DNA from: Candidatus Uhrbacteria bacterium
GTDB lineage: Bacteria; Patescibacteriota; Patescibacteriia; UBA9934; GWF2-40-263
Reading direction: 5' to 3'
Assembly (NCBI GenBank): GCA_026395055.1
Contig: JAPLZK010000003.1
Coordinates: 35,855-99,854, forward strand
DNA length: 64,000 bases
The position numbers were made by a program, and so were the translations under genes. A model generated the notes under the pieces. It saw only the letters and a list, made by a program, of their open reading frames with translations, did no database searches and was not told the DNA's origin. Of the stretch, positions 60,172 through 64,000 are shown piece by piece; position 1 is the stretch's first letter; each line of letters begins with the position of its first letter.

Positions 60172-60293
60172 GCAACCTCCGGTCTTACAGTGAATTCATC
60201 TGTAAGGAAAAGACACTATAGGGTTTTATGCCTTCTGTCAATGATTTTCCGCTTCGAATTCAGAGATGCTATACTGAGGCAGACTTCATACGT

Positions 60294-61220
60294 ATGCAAC
60301 AAACACACAAACGTTTTTTTCTTTTTATTACCCTATTGTCTTTTGCTTTGGCCGGGATTTTTTTGTTTATCGTTTTTCAAACAAATCCTCGTTATGAAGA
60401 AAAATCTTTGACGGAGGGAGAGAAACAATCGGCTGGGCCTTCCGAGCAGTTTGCCGAATCACAATTTACCAAGCGGTTGCCGGTTGCAAAGAACAAAGTA
60501 AACCCCAATGATTTTGTTGTCCCGATTCTCATGTATCATCACATTGGCGTGAACACAGATGTATCCGACAAGATTCGTGATGACCTGACCGTTCCACCAG
60601 ATCAGTTTGAAGCGCAGGTCGCATGGCTTGCAAAGAACAAATATCATTCCGTCACTTTGGAAGATGTTTATCTCCATGCAGAAGGGAAGTTGAAACTTCC
60701 CTCAAACCCTATCGTGTTTACATTTGATGACGGGTACGATGACGCCATCTTGAATGCGGTTCCCATTTTAAAAAAGTATGGGGATGTCGGCAGCTTCGCG
60801 ATCATCACACAATGGCCTGGAACAACGAGCGGGTCGAATACATACGCCACATGGGATCAAATCAAAACGGCTATGAATCAAGGGATGGAAATCGTTTCGC
60901 ATACACAGAATCATTTTGATGGAACAAATCCAACCGTAACAAAGGAGTATGTTCTCAAAGATTTGAAAGGTTCCGTGATGGATTTAAAGAATCATCTCGG
61001 TATCTCATCTGATCTGTTGATTTATCCGTATGGGCATTACAATGCGGATTACATTGCTGCGGCAGAAGAAGCAGGCTTTGTCATGGGTGTCACAGTTCAT
61101 GAGGGTGCGGTGGTTGATCCGGATGTTCTCATGGAAATTCCACGCATTCGCGTGCATGGGCGCGAGGAACTCAAGCGGTTTCAGAATATTTTGTGGGGAG
61201 CTAAACATGTTTCGCTATGA
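60294..61220 (+). CDS. Polysaccharide deacetylase (NodB/CE4)
   Basis: PILMYH, TFDDG, SHT..H, YPYG. Confidence 0.9.
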   Translation: MQQTHKRFFLFITLLSFALAGIFLFIVFQTNPRYEEKSLTEGEKQSAGPSEQFAESQFTKRLPVAKNKVNPNDFVVPILMYHHIGVNTDVSDKIRDDLTVPPDQFEAQVAWLAKNKYHSVTLEDVYLHAEGKLKLPSNPIVFTFDDGYDDAILNAVPILKKYGDVGSFAIITQWPGTTSGSNTYATWDQIKTAMNQGMEIVSHTQNHFDGTNPTVTKEYVLKDLKGSVMDLKNHLGISSDLLIYPYGHYNADYIAAAEEAGFVMGVTVHEGAVVDPDVLMEIPRIRVHGREELKRFQNILWGAKHVSL

Positions 61221-62722
61221 CTCAAGCTCAAGCGCTCGAAATTTTAAAAACAGGAAACTCGGTTTTTTTGACCGGTGAACCGGGGGCGGGAAAGACCTAT
61301 ACCATTAACAAGTATGTGTCTTATTTGCGTTCCAAGAATGTGAATGTGGCCATTACCGCCTCGACGGGAATTGCTGCAACGCATGTTGGAGGAATGACGA
61401 TTCACTCTTGGGCGAGCATCGGAATTAGCAAGGAGCTCTCGAGGGAAGAACTGAAAGAAATTGCGCGAAATAGTCGCGTGGTAAACCGCATGTTGAAGAC
61501 GAGCGTGCTTATCATTGACGAGATCTCCATGCTCGATGGTCGAACATTCGACCTGATCGAACTCGTCTGCCGAACCGTTCGCAAAAAAGATGAACCATTC
61601 GGGGGAATGCAGATTGTCTGCGTCGGTGATTTCTTTCAATTGCCACCGGTTTCTCGACAGGGCGAACCAACCCCAGAGTTCGCGTTTCAATCGCGTGCAT
61701 GGCAAATGATGGATCCTCGTGTGTGTTATTTAACCGAGCATCATCGTCAGGACGACAAGGTTTTCCTTGGTGTGCTTCGATCGATGCGCGCAGGATTTCT
61801 CTCGGATGAGGATAAAGATGTTTTGCTTACGCGATCTGTTGACACAAACTTCGACCATGCGGACCTCGATGTTCCAAAGTTGTTCACGCATAATGCGAAC
61901 GTCGATCAGCTCAATGAGTATGAACTTCGTCGCATTCCGGGAAAGAAGGAGTCGTTTGAAATGGAAATGCATGGTGCGCCGCCGCTTATTGAACAACTCA
62001 AGCGCGGATGTTTGTCGCCCGAGGTTTTGCATTTGAAAAAAGGTGCGCAAGTCATGTTTACCAAAAATAATTTTGATGAGAAGTACGTGAACGGAACACT
62101 CGGTGTTGTCGAGGGATTTACGCCAGATTCCAAGTTGCCAATCGTACGTACGCGATCTGGAAAGACGATCGAAGTGATAAAAACTTCGTGGTCGATTCGT
62201 GCGGAAGACAAAGAACTTGCGAGTATTGTACAGTTTCCTCTGCGACTTGCTTGGGCAATGACCGTTCATAAGAGTCAGGGAATGTCGCTCGATGCGGCGT
62301 TTGTAGATCTCTCGAATGCATTTGTATGTGGACAAGGGTATGTGGCACTCTCGCGTGTACGCAACCTCGAGGGTTTGCACCTCGGTGGTCTCAATGCACA
62401 AGCGCTCGAAGTGAACCAGGATGTGCTCATGAAAGACGCAGAGTTTCGAACGCAATCACATGAGGCGGAGGAATTGCTCGAGATGCTAACGGAGGAAGAT
62501 TTAAAAACGCGTCAGGATCGATTCGTGAAAGAGTGTGATGGGAATGTTGAGGGGGAAGAAAGGGTGGAGAAGGCGGAAAAGCCAAAAGAGAAGAAGACTT
62601 CGACCAAGGAACAGTCGATTGCGTTGCATCGAATTGGGATGAAACCAGAGCAAATCGCCCGAATGCGAGGGATTAAGCTCGAGACAGTAAAGAAACACCT
62701 CGAGAAAATGAAGATAATCTGA
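61217..62722 (+). CDS. Pif1-family helicase
   Basis: GEPGAGKT, STGIAA, IDEISM, GDFFQLPPV, QFPLRLAWAMTVHKSQG, YVALSR. Confidence 0.93.
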   Translation: MTQAQALEILKTGNSVFLTGEPGAGKTYTINKYVSYLRSKNVNVAITASTGIAATHVGGMTIHSWASIGISKELSREELKEIARNSRVVNRMLKTSVLIIDEISMLDGRTFDLIELVCRTVRKKDEPFGGMQIVCVGDFFQLPPVSRQGEPTPEFAFQSRAWQMMDPRVCYLTEHHRQDDKVFLGVLRSMRAGFLSDEDKDVLLTRSVDTNFDHADLDVPKLFTHNANVDQLNEYELRRIPGKKESFEMEMHGAPPLIEQLKRGCLSPEVLHLKKGAQVMFTKNNFDEKYVNGTLGVVEGFTPDSKLPIVRTRSGKTIEVIKTSWSIRAEDKELASIVQFPLRLAWAMTVHKSQGMSLDAAFVDLSNAFVCGQGYVALSRVRNLEGLHLGGLNAQALEVNQDVLMKDAEFRTQSHEAEELLEMLTEEDLKTRQDRFVKECDGNVEGEERVEKAEKPKEKKTSTKEQSIALHRIGMKPEQIARMRGIKLETVKKHLEKMKII

Positions 62723-62737
62723 TAGGATGAATCTACT

Positions 62738-63457
62738 ATGTCACATATTCCAAAACACATCGGTATTATCATGGATGGTAACAGACGTTGGGCAAAAGAA
62801 CGTGGATTAACGGCAAGTGAGGGGCATATGGCTGGTGTTGAGAATCTCACTACGCTGCTTGAGGCATGTGCAAATCGCGGCATTGAGACCGTAACGATTT
62901 ACGCGTTTAGTACAGAAAATTTTAAAAAACGCAGTCGCAAAGAAATTGCTGCACTCTTTGGATTAGTGGGTGTTTGGCTACAACGTAAGTCAAACGAGAT
63001 GAAAGAGAAAGGTGTGTGTCTTGCGTTTCTTGGGGATCTCTCGAAATTGCCCGAACGATTGCAACACAAGATTAACCATGCCGTCGAAGTGCTGAAAGAC
63101 AACGAGCGCATCAAATGCAACATCCTCATGAACTACGGTGGTCGCCCAGAACTCGTGAATGCGTTTAAAGAAATTGTGAAGAGCGGAATCGCCGCAGATG
63201 AAATCAATGAAGAATTGATTGAACAACATTTGTATACAAAGGGTCAGTCTGATCCAGATCTCATGATTCGCACGGGGGGAGAAATGCGCGTGAGCAACTT
63301 CCTCATCTGGCAACTCAGCTATTCGGAATTATATTTTACCGATACGTACTGGCCGGACTTTAATGAAGTTGAACTCGATAAGGCACTCGCGGAATATTCA
63401 CGACGTGAACGTCGATTGGGGGGAGATGTTATCGCCGAAGCAGTAAAATCCATCTAG
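62738..63457 (+). CDS. uppS: Undecaprenyl diphosphate synthase
   Basis: IMDGNRRWA, YAFSTEN, NYGGR, RTGGE.RVSNFL.WQ. Confidence 0.96.
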   Translation: MSHIPKHIGIIMDGNRRWAKERGLTASEGHMAGVENLTTLLEACANRGIETVTIYAFSTENFKKRSRKEIAALFGLVGVWLQRKSNEMKEKGVCLAFLGDLSKLPERLQHKINHAVEVLKDNERIKCNILMNYGGRPELVNAFKEIVKSGIAADEINEELIEQHLYTKGQSDPDLMIRTGGEMRVSNFLIWQLSYSELYFTDTYWPDFNEVELDKALAEYSRRERRLGGDVIAEAVKSI

Positions 63458-63537
63458 AATGAAACACCCTCGAGGATCTCGGGGGTGTTTATTTACAAAA
63501 AGAGCCTTTTTTGATAGGTTGAATTCGGAGGTGAGTC

Positions 63538-63831
63538 ATGCAAATTACAGTCCAAACGCCTTATTCAATTTGGAGGCAACTCAAAGTCATCCTGACGGCC
63601 ATCTTTTTGATCCTCTGCATACTATTCGTGTGTCTTCTGGTCGCCAACGGAAATACTGTATTCAGCACGATTTTCCGTCCCTGCATCGGAGACAAACCGT
63701 CCTGCATGGATACGTTCAATGTGAATGGCCCAGACGTCACTTGTAAGTGTCTGCATGGCACTCGCTGGTTTTGGGAGAATGATCCAACGGCTACAAAGAA
63801 TAAGATGAATCCACCCTCTCCGCTCAGGTAA
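63538..63831 (+). CDS. Small membrane-anchored Cys-rich protein
   Basis: GGAGGTG SD, TM, four extracytoplasmic Cys, terminator after the stop. Confidence 0.55.
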   Translation: MQITVQTPYSIWRQLKVILTAIFLILCILFVCLLVANGNTVFSTIFRPCIGDKPSCMDTFNVNGPDVTCKCLHGTRWFWENDPTATKNKMNPPSPLR

Positions 63832-63898
63832 CTCTCACAGGCTTTCAAGCCTGTTTTTTCATTGACGAATCGATTGTTTTTCCGTATCATCTCTCAAC

Positions 63899-64000
63899 AT
63901 GTCGCAGAACTTTGAACTCATCATTTTCTACAAATACACTCCCGTTTCTGACGTGGAGCGTTTTGTTGTTTGGCAGAAAAAGCACTGCGCAGAACTTGGG
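63899..64000 (+). CDS. Start of a TrhO/YceA-like rhodanese-domain protein (runs off the window)
   Basis: MSQNFELIIFYKYTPVSDVERFVVWQKKHCAELG resembles the family N-terminus; only 34 codons visible. Confidence 0.55.
   Translation, partial: MSQNFELIIFYKYTPVSDVERFVVWQKKHCAELG

Overview
Bacterial chromosomal DNA using the standard code. Gene content and style (housekeeping genes without Shine-Dalgarno motifs, pilM/pilin, stand-alone receivers, large surface proteins) suggest Patescibacteria/CPR; this is inference, not a database result. Housekeeping blocks (recJ-rnhA-pilM, ligA-gatCA-lgt, dnaG-rpoD, mutY, uppS) alternate with single accessory genes that carry their own promoter, SD and terminator. 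The main discovery candidate is the ~2 kb protein-free region after rpoD, an ECF sigma and a putative anti-sigma (26.75-28.72 kb). It holds a 6S-like RNA on the minus strand and, divergently, two promoter-to-terminator units with six structured RNA modules, each ending in stem+AACG and separated by a conserved GAGCT-N5-AGCTC hairpin; neighbouring modules show compensatory stems. Other notable items: a composite island at tRNA-Asn (68-bp direct repeat, serine and tyrosine recombinases, papain-like and TIR-like cargo), a GIY-YIG gene inside a tRNA-Asn duplication, a 20-bp palindrome inserted into two RNA genes, and a PqqD/RRE-GT2-kinase-GT2-nucleotidyltransferase operon. All calls come from reading motifs by eye; no searches or folding were run.
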